A stretch of 64,000 nucleotides of DNA from an uncultured Spirochaetales bacterium (GCA_964553615.1 CAZKMA010000008.1:27667-91666), one strand, 5' to 3'; shown: positions 40,962 to 51,937, counted from the stretch's first letter. Numbers and translations: made by a program. The notes: generated by a model not told the origin, from the letters alone.

Positions 40962-41560
40962 TCCGCCAACTCCGATCTGATTTCATCGTACATTGCCTGA
41001 GTTGCTTCGGCAAGGTTCTTCCATCGCGCGTTTGCGTCCTTGACTACCGCGAGAATTGCCCGGTCGAGATCCATCCCCATTACGGTCTCGCGGAATCCGC
41101 GTTTCAGATACCGGCGCTTCGGTTCGACATAGTCGGCCAGATAGAGCAACCTGCCCAGCGGGCCCAGACCGGCGCGGCCGAGCGTATGATTTCGAATTGC
41201 CTCGAGGATTTCGACCTCTGCAACACCGAAATCACGTTCAATGATCACCGCGGCGGCTCTGCCGTGAAGGAGGAGAGGGTTCTCCGTCTCCATCCGGCTG
41301 ATGGGACTCCTGTCCACGGCAGCAGTCCGAAAGAGTCTATCCGCAGGCCATTCCCGCGCAAGGTCGTGACCCAATCCGGCAAAATGCCCGGCGCTTTCAT
41401 CCAGTCCATGCCGGACGCACAATTCACGCGCAGTTTCCGCCACTCTCAGACAATGACGGTACCGTTTTGGACTCAGCTCACGTTCCAGAAATTGCGAGAG
41501 CTCCCCGACCGGAAACTTAATGCAGGTAGAGTTTGTTGTTGAAGATATAGTCATAAACAT
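40958..41560 (-). CDS. yqeK: HD-domain protein YqeK (bis(5'-nucleosyl)-tetraphosphatase-like)
   Basis: HD motifs (RYRHCLRV...GLGHDLARE) and the conserved position after nadD. The start is uncertain (ATG 41560 or 41554) and overlaps the nadD 3' end. Confidence 0.7.
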   Translation of the reverse strand: MFMTISSTTNSTCIKFPVGELSQFLERELSPKRYRHCLRVAETARELCVRHGLDESAGHFAGLGHDLAREWPADRLFRTAAVDRSPISRMETENPLLLHGRAAAVIIERDFGVAEVEILEAIRNHTLGRAGLGPLGRLLYLADYVEPKRRYLKRGFRETVMGMDLDRAILAVVKDANARWKNLAEATQAMYDEIRSELAE

Positions 41561-42080
41561 TCTCCGGAACAAGGTACCTGAAGGGACGCCCCGAGACAAT
41601 GCGATCGCGTATGTCGGAAGACGAGACCGGCACGAGCACATTCGACACGGAAAGGCCGGCATGAGCAACGTTCAGCCCGGACCTTCGGGCCACGACGATG
41701 TCGGTAAGAGAACGAATTTCTTCGGCGCTCCTCCAACTCGGGAAACCCGGAACAAGATCGTCACCGATTATGAGGCCCGGCTTCCCTTCAATGTCGTATG
41801 ATTCTATCACGTATTGAATAGTACCGATCGTGTATGATACACCCCCCGCACGCAGCTCATAGTCGTCGGCGGCGAATGCGTCGTTCCCCTGCGTTGCAAG
41901 GCGGATCATTCGCAGGCGATCCTCTCCACTCACTTTCTGCGACGGGCGCTTGTGCGGTGGAATATTTGAAGGCACAAACAAGATCCGATCGTACCCGAGG
42001 CTCATCCGCACTTCTTCGGCAATATACAGGTGACCGACATGAATGGGGTCGAAGGATCCACCGAAAATGGCCAACCTCAT
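41517..42080 (-). CDS. nadD: Nicotinate-nucleotide adenylyltransferase NadD
   Basis: 187 aa, IFGGSFDPIHVGHL. Confidence 0.9.
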   Translation of the reverse strand: MRLAIFGGSFDPIHVGHLYIAEEVRMSLGYDRILFVPSNIPPHKRPSQKVSGEDRLRMIRLATQGNDAFAADDYELRAGGVSYTIGTIQYVIESYDIEGKPGLIIGDDLVPGFPSWRSAEEIRSLTDIVVARRSGLNVAHAGLSVSNVLVPVSSSDIRDRIVSGRPFRYLVPENVYDYIFNNKLYLH

Positions 42081-43112
42081 CTACTGGACCACCTCGTCAT
42101 CTTCGTCTCTGGTCTCCTCTTCAGACACAGCCGAGACCGCCATATCGAAGAACTCCTGGGCCACTTCCGCAATCCCGGTGCGTGTGAAAGACGATATGCC
42201 GATAACTCGTTCGTCCGGCAGCGACTCCCGCAGTCGATTCAGGTTCTCGACGGTATCCGGCATATCGAGCTTCGTGCCAATCACCAATCGCCGTTTCTTC
42301 TCGAGCGACAGTGAATAATGCTGCATTTCCTCCATGAGCACCGCAAACGCTTCCTGGAAATTTTCTTCCGAAAGGTCAATCAGGACGGCAATTCCGACTG
42401 TTCTCGAAATATGGCGCAAAAACTGAAATCCAAGTCCGGCACCATGCGAGGCACCTTCTATTATTCCGGGAATATCGGCAAGTACAATGTCACGATCGTG
42501 AATTGTAAGAACACCCAGATTCGGAACTTTCGTTGTAAATGGATAGGCGGCAACTCGCGGGTCGGCATTCGTTAACGCCTTGAGCAAGCTGGACTTTCCG
42601 GCGTTGGGGAATCCAACAAAACCGACATCCGCAATAATTGCGAGTTCAACGACAAGGTCCGCCTCTTCACCGGCTTCTCCCTCCTGGGCGAATCGGGGAG
42701 TCTGATGCCGTGCCGTGGCAAAATGAGCATTGCCCTTCCCTCCGCGCCCGCCGCGGAAAAGCACCAGTTCCTCGCCCTCTTTCTTGAGGTCCGCGAGGAT
42801 CTCTCCGCTTGAAACGTCCCGAATTGTGGTGCCGGGCGGCACCGGAATTATCACCGGCTCGCCGTCCCGTCCGTGCATGTTTCGCCCCTGACCCGGTTGG
42901 CCAATTCGCCCGGCGAAACTGTTCTTCATGCGAAGGTGGGATAGTGTCTTAAGATTTCTTCGTACAAGGAAAATAACGTCGCCGCCGCGGCCGCCGTCGC
43001 CACCGTCGGGGCCGCCTTTCGGGACGTATTTTTCACGTCGGAACGAAACGCATCCGTGGCCTCCGTGGCCGGAGCTTACGTGGATCTGGAGTTCATCAAC
43101 AAATCGCTCCAC
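42081..43112 (-). CDS. obg: GTPase Obg/CgtA
   Basis: 343 aa with the glycine-rich Obg fold (GGHGCVSFRREKYVPKGGPDGGDGGRGG) and G1-G4 motifs (GFPNAGKS, DIPG, TKLD). Confidence 0.95.
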   Translation of the reverse strand: MERFVDELQIHVSSGHGGHGCVSFRREKYVPKGGPDGGDGGRGGDVIFLVRRNLKTLSHLRMKNSFAGRIGQPGQGRNMHGRDGEPVIIPVPPGTTIRDVSSGEILADLKKEGEELVLFRGGRGGKGNAHFATARHQTPRFAQEGEAGEEADLVVELAIIADVGFVGFPNAGKSSLLKALTNADPRVAAYPFTTKVPNLGVLTIHDRDIVLADIPGIIEGASHGAGLGFQFLRHISRTVGIAVLIDLSEENFQEAFAVLMEEMQHYSLSLEKKRRLVIGTKLDMPDTVENLNRLRESLPDERVIGISSFTRTGIAEVAQEFFDMAVSAVSEEETRDEDDEVVQ

Positions 43113-43126
43113 ACTCGCATCCGGCG

Positions 43127-43384
43127 CTATTCGGTGACAGGCTCGACAGTGATGATCTTCTTCCCTTTGCGTGTCTTGAAGACTACGTTTCCAGTCACTT
43201 TTGCAAACAGCGTGTCATCTTTTCCACGGCCTACGTTAACGCCGGGATGAAAGGGGGTGCCGCGCTGCCGGACAATGATTGAACCGGCAGACACGAGCTC
43301 TCCGCCGAATCGCTTTACTCCCAGACGCTGTGCATGAGAGTCACGTCCGTTCTTTGAACTTCCGCCACCTTTCTTATGTGCCAT
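43127..43384 (-). CDS. rpmA: Ribosomal protein L27 (no N-terminal extension)
   Basis: [16 protein letters not shown]... An in-frame TAG lies 5 codons upstream, and an AGGGAG RBS is present. Confidence 0.95.
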   Translation of the reverse strand: MAHKKGGGSSKNGRDSHAQRLGVKRFGGELVSAGSIIVRQRGTPFHPGVNVGRGKDDTLFAKVTGNVVFKTRKGKKIITVEPVTE

Positions 43385-43396
43385 GGTTTTCTCCCT

Positions 43397-43750
43397 CTAT
43401 TCTTTTACTATTTTCAGCACGACTTCCGCCGGATACTCCTTTTCGAGATCACGGAGTCCGGATACCAGAAAGTCTGCAACCCCCCTCAGCCAAAGCTTTT
43501 TTTCCGGCGAGAGGGATATGACCGGGTCAATTTCACAACGCAGTACACCGGGCTCCGATGCATCTCCGCGTACGCGATTTGACGGGTCCTCTGCGAGCAA
43601 CCGTGCAGCAGTTCGCACGAGCACGGTCGCGGCAGCACATACAATGTTCGATCCGGGACCGCTATTCCGACCGGTGCCTGCGTGCCCGCGTGAATCAAGC
43701 GAGCGCAGAGCACCTTCGAAATCCAGCCCCACTACGACCTCAACTGCCAC
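43397..43750 (-). CDS. prp: Prp-like (YsxB family) cysteine protease homologue
   Basis: 117 aa located between rplU and rpmA. The catalytic-dyad context is conserved (SRGHAGTG ... SNIVCAAATVL). Confidence 0.75.
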   Translation of the reverse strand: MAVEVVVGLDFEGALRSLDSRGHAGTGRNSGPGSNIVCAAATVLVRTAARLLAEDPSNRVRGDASEPGVLRCEIDPVISLSPEKKLWLRGVADFLVSGLRDLEKEYPAEVVLKIVKE

Positions 43751-43753
43751 GGA

Positions 43754-44068
43754 TTACTTCGCTGCAATCTCCTGGACACGGATCAAGGCATAGTCCTGTC
43801 GGTGCCCTTGTTTCACACGATAGTCTTTGCGTCTTTTGTATTTGAATACAATTACCTTCGGATCTCTGCCTCTGCCCTCGAGGACCGCAGTGACGGAGGC
43901 ACCCTTCACATAGGGCGTACCGATCTTGACGTCGTTGTCGTCACGGACCATGAGAACATGGTCAAACTCCAGTGTCTGACCTTCATCCCCGGGTAATTTG
44001 TTCACTTTCAACAGGGAACCCTTTTCAGCCTTATACTGACGTCCCTGAATCTCAACCATTGCGTACAT
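43754..44068 (-). CDS. rplU: Ribosomal protein L21
   Basis: MYAMVEIQGRQYKAEKG... with a GGAGA RBS. The 42-codon extension in the ORF track starts inside the repeat element and is not credible. Confidence 0.95.
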   Translation of the reverse strand: MYAMVEIQGRQYKAEKGSLLKVNKLPGDEGQTLEFDHVLMVRDDNDVKIGTPYVKGASVTAVLEGRGRDPKVIVFKYKRRKDYRVKQGHRQDYALIRVQEIAAK

Positions 44069-44177
44069 GAGCGCGATCTCCAGTTTCTCGGATAGATTCT
44101 GACCGTTAAATCGTAAAACTATAACTACCATGGAAATGGAACGAAAGTCAAGGTCGCCTCCGAACAGTCTGCTTTGC

Positions 44178-44330
44178 CCAGCAATTCTCATTGTGGCGAA
44201 TGCGGCATAGCGGTTGAAAAGTAGGATCTTCTCTTCAACCGCTATGCAATACCATTAGTCGCGGCAACGTCGTATAAGGCGCGCAATGGCATGCCAGTTG
44301 ACGTTGCCGCGTCAAAATGAGAATTGCTGG
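44178..44330. mobile_element. MITE-like structured repeat, copy 2 (153 bp)
   Basis: Perfect 15-bp terminal inverted repeats (44178-44192 and 44316-44330). Internal stems of 14 bp (44205-44218 with 44234-44247) and 11 bp (44261-44271 with 44300-44310). The flanking 7-mers GCTTTGC and ACTTTGC match 6/7. Confidence 0.65.
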
Positions 44331-44373
44331 ACTTTGCCTCCCTCCATTGCACCCACCGAAGGGACCGGATACA

Positions 44374-45687
44374 ATGGCGAACAGGAGTATAATTTTGGCT
44401 TCCAGCACGTTTTTCATCATCTTTGCCGTCCTTTCCGCTGGGATACTCGTAGTTCATGCTGTAGTTGTCTTTGGGATAATTCGCGCGGCAATCCATGACA
44501 GCCGCACGACTCGAAAGGGAATTGACCGCATTCTATCCCCGGGTGACGTACCTTCGGTCGCACTCATCGTTCCCGCGCGAAACGAAGAGGCCCTCCTTCC
44601 ACGGCTTCTGTCCTCCCTGAAGGCAATGGACCTCAGTCTCATCCCGGATTTCCAACTCGTCCTGGTAAATGACCGCTCCACTGATTCCACCCGTGAAATC
44701 ATGGCTACGTTTGCGGATGAGGCGGTCTGGCCCGTTCACATTGTCGACGTTCCGGAAACGAACGGAGACACGGTACGGACCAACCCGAAACAGAATGCTC
44801 TTCACCACGGCACTGTCGGCCTCAAGTCCGAAGTCCTTCTCTTCACCGACGCAGATTGCGTGGTAGACAGGCGCTGGGTAAACAGTATGGTCCTTCCGTT
44901 CTGCGATCCCGGGCTCGGACTTCTATTCGGTACCGTCATGCCAAATCAGACCGCGGATAAGAACAATCCCGGCATCGAGATAAAAACCGTCATCGCGCGT
45001 TTTCTTTACCAGTTTCAGGGATTCGATCACCTTTTCCGGTTCTATTACACCGCAGGCAGCGCAGGAATCGGCAACCCGACCGGAGGATTCGGAAACAACA
45101 TCGCGGTGCGCCGTTCGATACTCGAGGCCGTGGGCGGCTTTGCCGGTCTCCGGTACTCGGTAACCGAAGACGCGGAACTTATTGCGGAAGTCCGGGATCT
45201 CGGCCGTCTCGACGTGAGGGTCAGGCTCTCCCCGAACGCAATAGTGTCACCCGAGCCGCAGCACGCGCTCCCGGACATGGTTTCACAATCTGTTCGGTGG
45301 AATACCGGCGGGCTCTTCGCGCCCGACCACGCGGCACGGTATAGCTACCGGATTGTCATGCTTTATCTGCTCGCAAGTGTCGTAGCTGCGCCATTCGGAG
45401 TTCTCTACCCTCCACTCCTTCTTACAACCGCCGGATCGTTCCTGAGCATGATCTGGCTTGGGATTGTGGCCGGAGCTACTTCGAACCGACAGCTCCGGTA
45501 CTGGGTTATGCTAATTCCAAACGTTCTGTTTTCGATGGTGTTCTACAGCTCGGTAACTCTCATGACTCTTGCCCGCACCCCGATACGGTGGAAGGGTCGG
45601 GTGCTGCGAGCGCTGAACGCCACACCTGCGCATGAGGCCGGCACGCCGGTCCGGGAAAGAGACGGCCATCCGGTCAATCACCGATAG
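44374..45687 (+). CDS. Family 2 glycosyltransferase, membrane-integrated
   Basis: N-terminal TM segment, then a GT2 core (VALIVPARNEE...VLVNDRSTDST...FTDADC...QSVRWNTGG) and C-terminal TM helices. I chose the ATG at 44374; the ORF-track start at 44317 lies inside the repeat. Confidence 0.75.
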   Translation: MANRSIILASSTFFIIFAVLSAGILVVHAVVVFGIIRAAIHDSRTTRKGIDRILSPGDVPSVALIVPARNEEALLPRLLSSLKAMDLSLIPDFQLVLVNDRSTDSTREIMATFADEAVWPVHIVDVPETNGDTVRTNPKQNALHHGTVGLKSEVLLFTDADCVVDRRWVNSMVLPFCDPGLGLLFGTVMPNQTADKNNPGIEIKTVIARFLYQFQGFDHLFRFYYTAGSAGIGNPTGGFGNNIAVRRSILEAVGGFAGLRYSVTEDAELIAEVRDLGRLDVRVRLSPNAIVSPEPQHALPDMVSQSVRWNTGGLFAPDHAARYSYRIVMLYLLASVVAAPFGVLYPPLLLTTAGSFLSMIWLGIVAGATSNRQLRYWVMLIPNVLFSMVFYSSVTLMTLARTPIRWKGRVLRALNATPAHEAGTPVRERDGHPVNHR

Positions 45688-45737
45688 CACGCCTCAACCC
45701 GCGGAAAAGAAAGGGTACCCGGGCAAACCCGTGCTGC

Positions 45738-47201
45738 TCAGGGTAGAAGCGTATCCCCCATGAGATAACGGTCCACTTCCCTTGCACAGCCACGCCCCTC
45801 GTTAATGGCCCAGACAACAAGGCTTTGTCCTCGGCGTGAGTCACCGGCGGCGAACACTTTCGGGTTGGAAGTCTGGAAACCGCCGTAGTCGGCTTTGAAA
45901 TTCGAGCGCGCATCGGTTTCGAGGCCAAGCTCTCCGACAAGTTTCTGTTCGGGACCCAGAAAACCGAGAGCCAGTAACACGAGGTCGGTCTTCCACTCCT
46001 CCTCCGATCCCGGGAGCTCACGCATCGACGGCCGTTCACCCGGTTTTGTAATCCACTCTACCCGGACGGTCCGGACCGCGCGAACTCTGCCGTTTTCATC
46101 TCCAAGAAACTCTTTCGTCAGTATGCTGTATTCTCTTGGATCGGAACCGAACTTCTCATCCGCTTCTTCGTGACCGTAATCCGACTTGTACAGACGAGGA
46201 TAGGTCGGCCACGGCATGTCGCTGTTTCGTGCGGCCGGCGGTCGGGAAAGCAGCTCGAAATTCACAAGACTTTCGCACCCGTGCCGCATCGAGGTTCCAA
46301 TACAGTCATTGCCCGTGTCTCCACCGCCAATGACGAGGACATTACGCCCTTCTGCTGAAATGAAGCTCCGGTCCTTCAGTCCGCTGTCCAGGAGGCTCTT
46401 CGTGTTTGCCTTCAGGAACTCCATTGCAAAATGGATTCCTTTGAGCTCCCGCCCGGGCACCGGGAGATCACGGGGTACCGTTGCACCACAGGCGAGCACC
46501 ACCGCGTCGAACTGATCAACCAGTTCCCGGGACCCGATGTCGGTCCCTACCTCGGTGTTCGTCCTGAACTCAACGCCTTCGTCTGCCATGAGCCGATTGC
46601 GCCGCTCAACCACACTCTTGTCCAGTTTCATATTCGGAATGCCGTACATGAGCAGCCCGCCGATTCGGTCGTCCCGCTCAATGACAGTTACCTGATGCCC
46701 GGCCTGATTGAGCTGGTCGGCGCATGCAAGCCCGGACGGACCCGAACCTACAATCGCGACTCGCTTTCCGGTCCTCTGTGCAGGAATGCGCGGTTTCATC
46801 AGCCCGGATTCGTACGCCCGGTCAATGATGTGACATTCGTTATCTTTTATCGTGACCGCAGGTTCGTTTATGCCCAGAACGCACGCGGATTCACATGGTG
46901 CCGGACAGACCCTCCCCGTATATTCCGGGAAATTATTCGTCTTCAGAAGGCGCCGGAACGCCTCTTCAAAACGCCCCTGATAGATGAGGTCGTTCCATTC
47001 CGGAATGAGATTGTCCACCGGGCAGCCAAAGCTCGACTGGCAGAACGGCACCCCACAATCCATGCATCGAGCGCCCTGGTCCCGGCGATCCTGTTCGGCA
47101 AGCTGTTTGTGGAACTCGCTGAAATCCTTAATCCGCTCGAGTGGTTTCCGATCTTTGACCGGCGTGCGTCTGAACTCTATGAAACCGGTCGGCTTACCCA
47201 T
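45738..47201 (-). CDS. gltD: Glutamate synthase small subunit GltD
   Basis: 487 aa: [10 protein letters not shown]..., Fe-S Cys cluster region and Rossmann motifs [12 protein letters not shown] and [11 protein letters not shown]. Confidence 0.9.
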   Translation of the reverse strand: MGKPTGFIEFRRTPVKDRKPLERIKDFSEFHKQLAEQDRRDQGARCMDCGVPFCQSSFGCPVDNLIPEWNDLIYQGRFEEAFRRLLKTNNFPEYTGRVCPAPCESACVLGINEPAVTIKDNECHIIDRAYESGLMKPRIPAQRTGKRVAIVGSGPSGLACADQLNQAGHQVTVIERDDRIGGLLMYGIPNMKLDKSVVERRNRLMADEGVEFRTNTEVGTDIGSRELVDQFDAVVLACGATVPRDLPVPGRELKGIHFAMEFLKANTKSLLDSGLKDRSFISAEGRNVLVIGGGDTGNDCIGTSMRHGCESLVNFELLSRPPAARNSDMPWPTYPRLYKSDYGHEEADEKFGSDPREYSILTKEFLGDENGRVRAVRTVRVEWITKPGERPSMRELPGSEEEWKTDLVLLALGFLGPEQKLVGELGLETDARSNFKADYGGFQTSNPKVFAAGDSRRGQSLVVWAINEGRGCAREVDRYLMGDTLLP

Positions 47202-50200
47202 TTACTACCTCCATGAGACGTTCGGTATGTCCAGTCCGCCGGAGTTCAAGCACTCTCTGATAGGCGGGAGACACTACTTTTACGAACTCCGACTGTCGGC
47301 GCTCCCAGGTGTCCAGGACGTATGCGGCGACAGGGGAGTCGGTAAGCTCTTTGTGCATGCCCACGAGCTCGAGAATCTTCTCGATGTCCTCATTCTCCCG
47401 GACTTCCTCGAGCACTACCATACCCATGTTTACCTTTGTTGCGAAGTCCTTGTGCGCGTCCCACACGTATGCAACGCCACCACTCATCCCGGCGCCGAAG
47501 TTGCGCCCGGTTGGCCCGAGAATGACTGCGTTGCCTCCGGTCATGTACTCGCATGCGTGGTCTCCCACGCCTTCAATAACGACGCTGGCGCCCGAGTTTC
47601 GGACACAGAAACGTTCGGCTGAACGTCCCCGAAAGAAACCGTGTCCCGAGATTGCTCCGTACAGCGCCACATTTCCGATTATGATGTTTTCCTCGGGAAC
47701 AAAAATCGAATCCCGGGGCGGGTAGACAACGAGCGTACCACCGGACAATCCCTTTCCGACATAGTCATTCGCATCACCCTCGAGCTCTATGGTAACTCCA
47801 TTCGTAACCCAGGCGCCGAAACTCTGCCCGGCGCTCCCCGAGAGCTTAATGTGCAGGGTGTCCTTCGGGAGCCCCTCTGCGCCCCATCGGGTAGTAATAT
47901 GATGACTCAGCATTGTTCCGACGGCACGATCGGTATTCCGCACCGGCAGATCGAGACGCAACGGTTCGCGGTGAAGCAGTACCTTCTCGGCAAGGCTTAC
48001 AAATTGCCGGTCAAGAACCTTTTCAATTCCGTGCTCCTGCGGAATACAGCAGATAACGCGAGTATCCGCGTTTTTCTTCTCTGCACGCGTTAGCAAGGCC
48101 GAAAGGTCGATATTGCGAGATTTCCAGTTTCGAACGGAATCGTCGGGCGTCAACATATCGACGCGCCCAACCATCTCATCGTATTTCCGAAAACCGAGCT
48201 CCGCCATGATCGACCGCACATCCTCTGCAATAAACGTCAGAAAATTGATGACGTTCTCAGGCTTTCCGGCGAACTTGGCCCGCAGCTTCGGATCCTGCGT
48301 TGCCACCCCGACCGGGCAGGTGTTCTTGTGGCAGACCCGCATCATTATGCATCCGACCGTGATGAGCGCGCTCGTTGCGAAACCGCACTCCTCGGCGCCG
48401 AGCATTGCGGCGATGACGACATCGCGTCCGGTCTTGATCTGTCCATCGGTCTGAATTACCACGCGGCTGCGCAGGTCATTCATGACCAGGGTCTGATGGG
48501 TCTCCGCGAGCCCGAGCTCCCATGGCAGCCCTGCATTCTTGATTCCCGTCAGCGGGCTCGCTCCAGTGCCGCCGTCGTGACCGGAAATCAGAATATGATC
48601 TGCATGAGCCTTTGCAACCCCCGCCGCAATTGTGCCAACGCCAACTTCGGACACCAGCTTTACACTGATGCGGGCCTTCGGGTTTGCGTTCTTCAGATCA
48701 AAGATCAGTTGCGCCAGGTCTTCTATTGAATAAATGTCGTGGTGAGGCGGAGGACTGATCAGGCCGACTCCCGGGGTGGAAAACCGGGTCTTTGCAATGA
48801 CATCGAACACTTTGTGCCCGGGCAATTCGCCGCCCTCGCCAGGCTTCGCGCCCTGGGCCATCTTTATCTGGATCTCAACCGCATTCGTGAGATATTCAAT
48901 GTTCACACCGAACCGCCCGGATGCGATCTGCTTGATTGCGGACCTCTTGGAATCGCCGTTTGGCAGGGGCTTGTAGCGCTCACGCATCTCGCCGCCCTCT
49001 CCGGTGTTCGATTTTCCGCCAATTCGGTTCATGGCGATTGCAAGTGTCTCGTGCGCCTCCTGGCTGATCGACCCGAAACTCATTGCGCCGGTCGCAAATC
49101 TGCGCAGGATGTTTTCAACGGGTTCAACTTCGCTCAGTGCAATCGGGTCACCGGCCTTGAACTTCAGGAGTCCTCGCAGCGTAGATTGCTGGGTCGAGCG
49201 CTGGTTCTGTCGATCCGCGAACTGCCGGTACGCATTCGCATCATTCTGGGTAGCGGCTTGCTGAATGAGCGCAATGGATTCCGCGTCCCACATGTGCTTT
49301 TCGCCGCCGACACGATACTGGTAGTCGCCTGCGTTCAGATTTTCGAAATCAAACGGTATGTTGCGGGATGGATACGCTGTGGCATGCCGCTTCAACGCCT
49401 CTTCGGCCAGAATCTGGAAGTCGACACCGCGGATTCTGCTCGCGGTCCCAACAAAGCAGCGGTCAATTACCTCGTCCGCAACTCCAACCGCCTCGAATAT
49501 CTGTGCCGCCTTGTAGCTTTCCAGAGTGCTGATACCCATCTTTCCCATGACCTTTCGTATTCCGGCCGCGAGCGCATTGAGATAGTTTTCAACAATTTGC
49601 TCATCGCTCAGGTCTTTGAGAATGCGCCCTTCACGTGCCATGTGCCACATTGTCTCGTAGGCAAGATACGGGTTCACCGCGTCCGCCCCGAAGCCGAAAA
49701 GCATGCAGTAGTGGTGCACCTCGCGCGGCTCACCGGTCTCAACGACAATACCGATCTGCGTTCGCTTTGCCCGACGAACAAGGTGATGATGAACCGCACC
49801 GGTTGCCATGAGCGCACTGACCGGCACCCTGTCCGGCCCTGATGGGCGGTCGGTCAGGATGACCAGACCGTAACCGTCCGAAATGGCCTGCTCCGCCTCG
49901 GCACAGATCCGGTCCAGGCACGCATTCAGCCCCTCGACTCCGGCCGAGGCAGGGAAGGTGATATCGATGTCCAATGACCGCCAGCCGCGGTGATCCATCT
50001 CCCGGAGTTGCGAGAGCTGGCCGTTCGTGAGCACCGGATGTTCCAGCCGTACCCGGTGCGCATGCTCCGGCGTCGCTTCCAGCAGGTTCCGTTCCGGCCC
50101 GATGTAGGTCACCAGACTCATGATGATGTCTTCGCGAATGGAGTCTATCGGCGGATTCGTGACCTGTGCGAAGAGCTGCTTGAAGTAGTCGTACAGCAGA

Positions 50201-51744
50201 CGCGGCCGTTCGGACAGACAGGCAAGCGGTGCGTCGTTTCCCATCGACCCGATCGGCTCTTTTCCGTTCTCCGCCATCGGTTTCAGCAGGAGAGATTTAT
50301 GCTCGAGCGTATAACCGAAGGCCAGCTGCCGTTGGGAAATTGAGTCTTCCGAAAGCCCTTGAACCACGGTCGGCGGAGGAAGATGATCCAGAGTGATGTG
50401 TTGCTCGTCGAGCCACTTCCGGTACGGCTTGCTCAATGCAAATCCGTCCTTGAGCTCGACATCGTCTACAATACGGCCTTCGTCGAAGTTTACCAGGAAC
50501 ATTCGCCCCGGTTGAAGACGTCCCTTCATCTTGACCTTCGCAGGCGCTACATCGAAGACGCCAACCTCGCTTGCCATGACAACAATGTCGTCATCGGTCA
50601 CGTAGTACCGGCTCGGTCGCAATCCGTTTCTATCAAGGACGGCACCGATGACCTTTCCATCGGTAAAGGTGACCGAGGCGGGTCCGTCCCAGGGCTCCAT
50701 CATGGTGCTCATGTACTCGTACATGGCCGCACCGTGGTCGGGCATGTGCCGGTGTTCCTGCCACGCCTCTGGAATCATCATCATGACGGCCTCAGGAAGC
50801 TCCCGTCCGGCAAGAAGCAGCAGTTCGAGCACATTGTCGAGTGTGCCTGAATCTGAAAGATCAGGTTCAATTATGGGCATCGCCCGACCGAGGTCGTCGC
50901 CGAACAGATCGCTCTTCAGCGTACCCTCACGGGAACGCATCTTGTTCACGTTGCCGCGCAGCGTGTTTATTTCGCCGTTGTGGGCCGTAAACCGCTGCGG
51001 TTGAGCACGATCCCAGCTCGGAAACGTGTTCGTTGAAAATCGAGAATGCACCATACAGAGGTGGCTTTGATAGTCCGGATCGCTCAGATCCGTGAAGTAC
51101 TGAAAGAGCTGTTCGGGCATCAGCATGCCCTTGTAAACCATGACCCGCGTTGACAGGCTGCAGATGTAGAAGAAATCGTCCGGATCGTGTTCCTTACCGC
51201 GAATCGTGTGAGTTGCACGCTTTCGGATAACGTACAGCTTGCGGTCGAATGCGGCTTCGTCCAGCCCATCGGCCGAGGAAATCACCACCTGCTCCATGAT
51301 CGGCTCAGCCGCAATCGCAGTCGGCCCAACCATCGAATTGTCCCGGGGAACTATGCGCCAGCCTGCAAGTCTCTGACCCTCTTCGGCAATGATCTTCTCG
51401 AACGACGCGCGACAATCCTCACGTTGCCTCTTATCCTTTGGCAGAAACACTATGCCCGCTGCATAGGTTCCCCGCTCGGGAAGATCCATCGAAAGCTCTT
51501 TCCGCGCAACCTTTTCAAGGAACTCCCACGGGAGCGCGGTCAGGACGCCCGCTCCGTCTCCGGTATTTTTCTCGCTACCTACCGCGCCGCGGTGCGTCAT
51601 GTTTATCAATACTTCGCGCGCACGATCTATGATCGCGTGACTTCGTTGCCCCTTTATGTGAGCGACGAACCCAACGCCACAACTCTCGTGCTCGTAGGCC
51701 GGATCGTACAGGCCATGTTGTTTCGGGCGCGCAGTGAAGCTCAT
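47194..51744 (-). CDS. gltB: Glutamate synthase large subunit GltB
   Basis: About 1516 aa with the N-terminal amidotransferase Cys (HESCGVGFV) and FMN and GXGXG domains. The ATG at 51744 lies 6 nt after a GGAAGGAG RBS. Confidence 0.95.
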   Translation of the reverse strand: MSFTARPKQHGLYDPAYEHESCGVGFVAHIKGQRSHAIIDRAREVLINMTHRGAVGSEKNTGDGAGVLTALPWEFLEKVARKELSMDLPERGTYAAGIVFLPKDKRQREDCRASFEKIIAEEGQRLAGWRIVPRDNSMVGPTAIAAEPIMEQVVISSADGLDEAAFDRKLYVIRKRATHTIRGKEHDPDDFFYICSLSTRVMVYKGMLMPEQLFQYFTDLSDPDYQSHLCMVHSRFSTNTFPSWDRAQPQRFTAHNGEINTLRGNVNKMRSREGTLKSDLFGDDLGRAMPIIEPDLSDSGTLDNVLELLLLAGRELPEAVMMMIPEAWQEHRHMPDHGAAMYEYMSTMMEPWDGPASVTFTDGKVIGAVLDRNGLRPSRYYVTDDDIVVMASEVGVFDVAPAKVKMKGRLQPGRMFLVNFDEGRIVDDVELKDGFALSKPYRKWLDEQHITLDHLPPPTVVQGLSEDSISQRQLAFGYTLEHKSLLLKPMAENGKEPIGSMGNDAPLACLSERPRLLYDYFKQLFAQVTNPPIDSIREDIIMSLVTYIGPERNLLEATPEHAHRVRLEHPVLTNGQLSQLREMDHRGWRSLDIDITFPASAGVEGLNACLDRICAEAEQAISDGYGLVILTDRPSGPDRVPVSALMATGAVHHHLVRRAKRTQIGIVVETGEPREVHHYCMLFGFGADAVNPYLAYETMWHMAREGRILKDLSDEQIVENYLNALAAGIRKVMGKMGISTLESYKAAQIFEAVGVADEVIDRCFVGTASRIRGVDFQILAEEALKRHATAYPSRNIPFDFENLNAGDYQYRVGGEKHMWDAESIALIQQAATQNDANAYRQFADRQNQRSTQQSTLRGLLKFKAGDPIALSEVEPVENILRRFATGAMSFGSISQEAHETLAIAMNRIGGKSNTGEGGEMRERYKPLPNGDSKRSAIKQIASGRFGVNIEYLTNAVEIQIKMAQGAKPGEGGELPGHKVFDVIAKTRFSTPGVGLISPPPHHDIYSIEDLAQLIFDLKNANPKARISVKLVSEVGVGTIAAGVAKAHADHILISGHDGGTGASPLTGIKNAGLPWELGLAETHQTLVMNDLRSRVVIQTDGQIKTGRDVVIAAMLGAEECGFATSALITVGCIMMRVCHKNTCPVGVATQDPKLRAKFAGKPENVINFLTFIAEDVRSIMAELGFRKYDEMVGRVDMLTPDDSVRNWKSRNIDLSALLTRAEKKNADTRVICCIPQEHGIEKVLDRQFVSLAEKVLLHREPLRLDLPVRNTDRAVGTMLSHHITTRWGAEGLPKDTLHIKLSGSAGQSFGAWVTNGVTIELEGDANDYVGKGLSGGTLVVYPPRDSIFVPEENIIIGNVALYGAISGHGFFRGRSAERFCVRNSGASVVIEGVGDHACEYMTGGNAVILGPTGRNFGAGMSGGVAYVWDAHKDFATKVNMGMVVLEEVRENEDIEKILELVGMHKELTDSPVAAYVLDTWERRQSEFVKVVSPAYQRVLELRRTGHTERLMEVVNG

Positions 51745-51791
51745 AGCAACTCCTTCCCCTGAGGTGACATACACAGTGAGTATATGTAGTT

Positions 51792-51807
51792 AGCAATAAT
51801 TATGCCA
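51792..51807 (-). promoter_or_regulatory. Sigma-54 (-24/-12) promoter upstream of gltB
   Basis: The minus strand reads TGGCAT-aatta-TTGCT, against the consensus TGGCAC-N5-TTGCW, with correct GG-N10-GC spacing. It lies 47 nt upstream of the gltB ATG. Confidence 0.6.
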
Positions 51808-51937
51808 TAATTTGCGAATGTGACCAAGTTGTCGTTGTATAAATATTTATAAGAATTACATATTCTTGCAATCACGCGTACAAGCTACCAAACCGTAGGC
51901 TCTTGGGCAATAGACCTTACCAAATTGTAGGATTTGT

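Noticed and set aside
48739-49842. A 367-aa plus-strand ORF opposite gltB, plus similar long ORFs opposite carB (59973-60923) and cheR/cheA (25688-26572, 26935-27840).
   Set aside because: For the same reason, these are shadows of highly conserved genes on the other strand.
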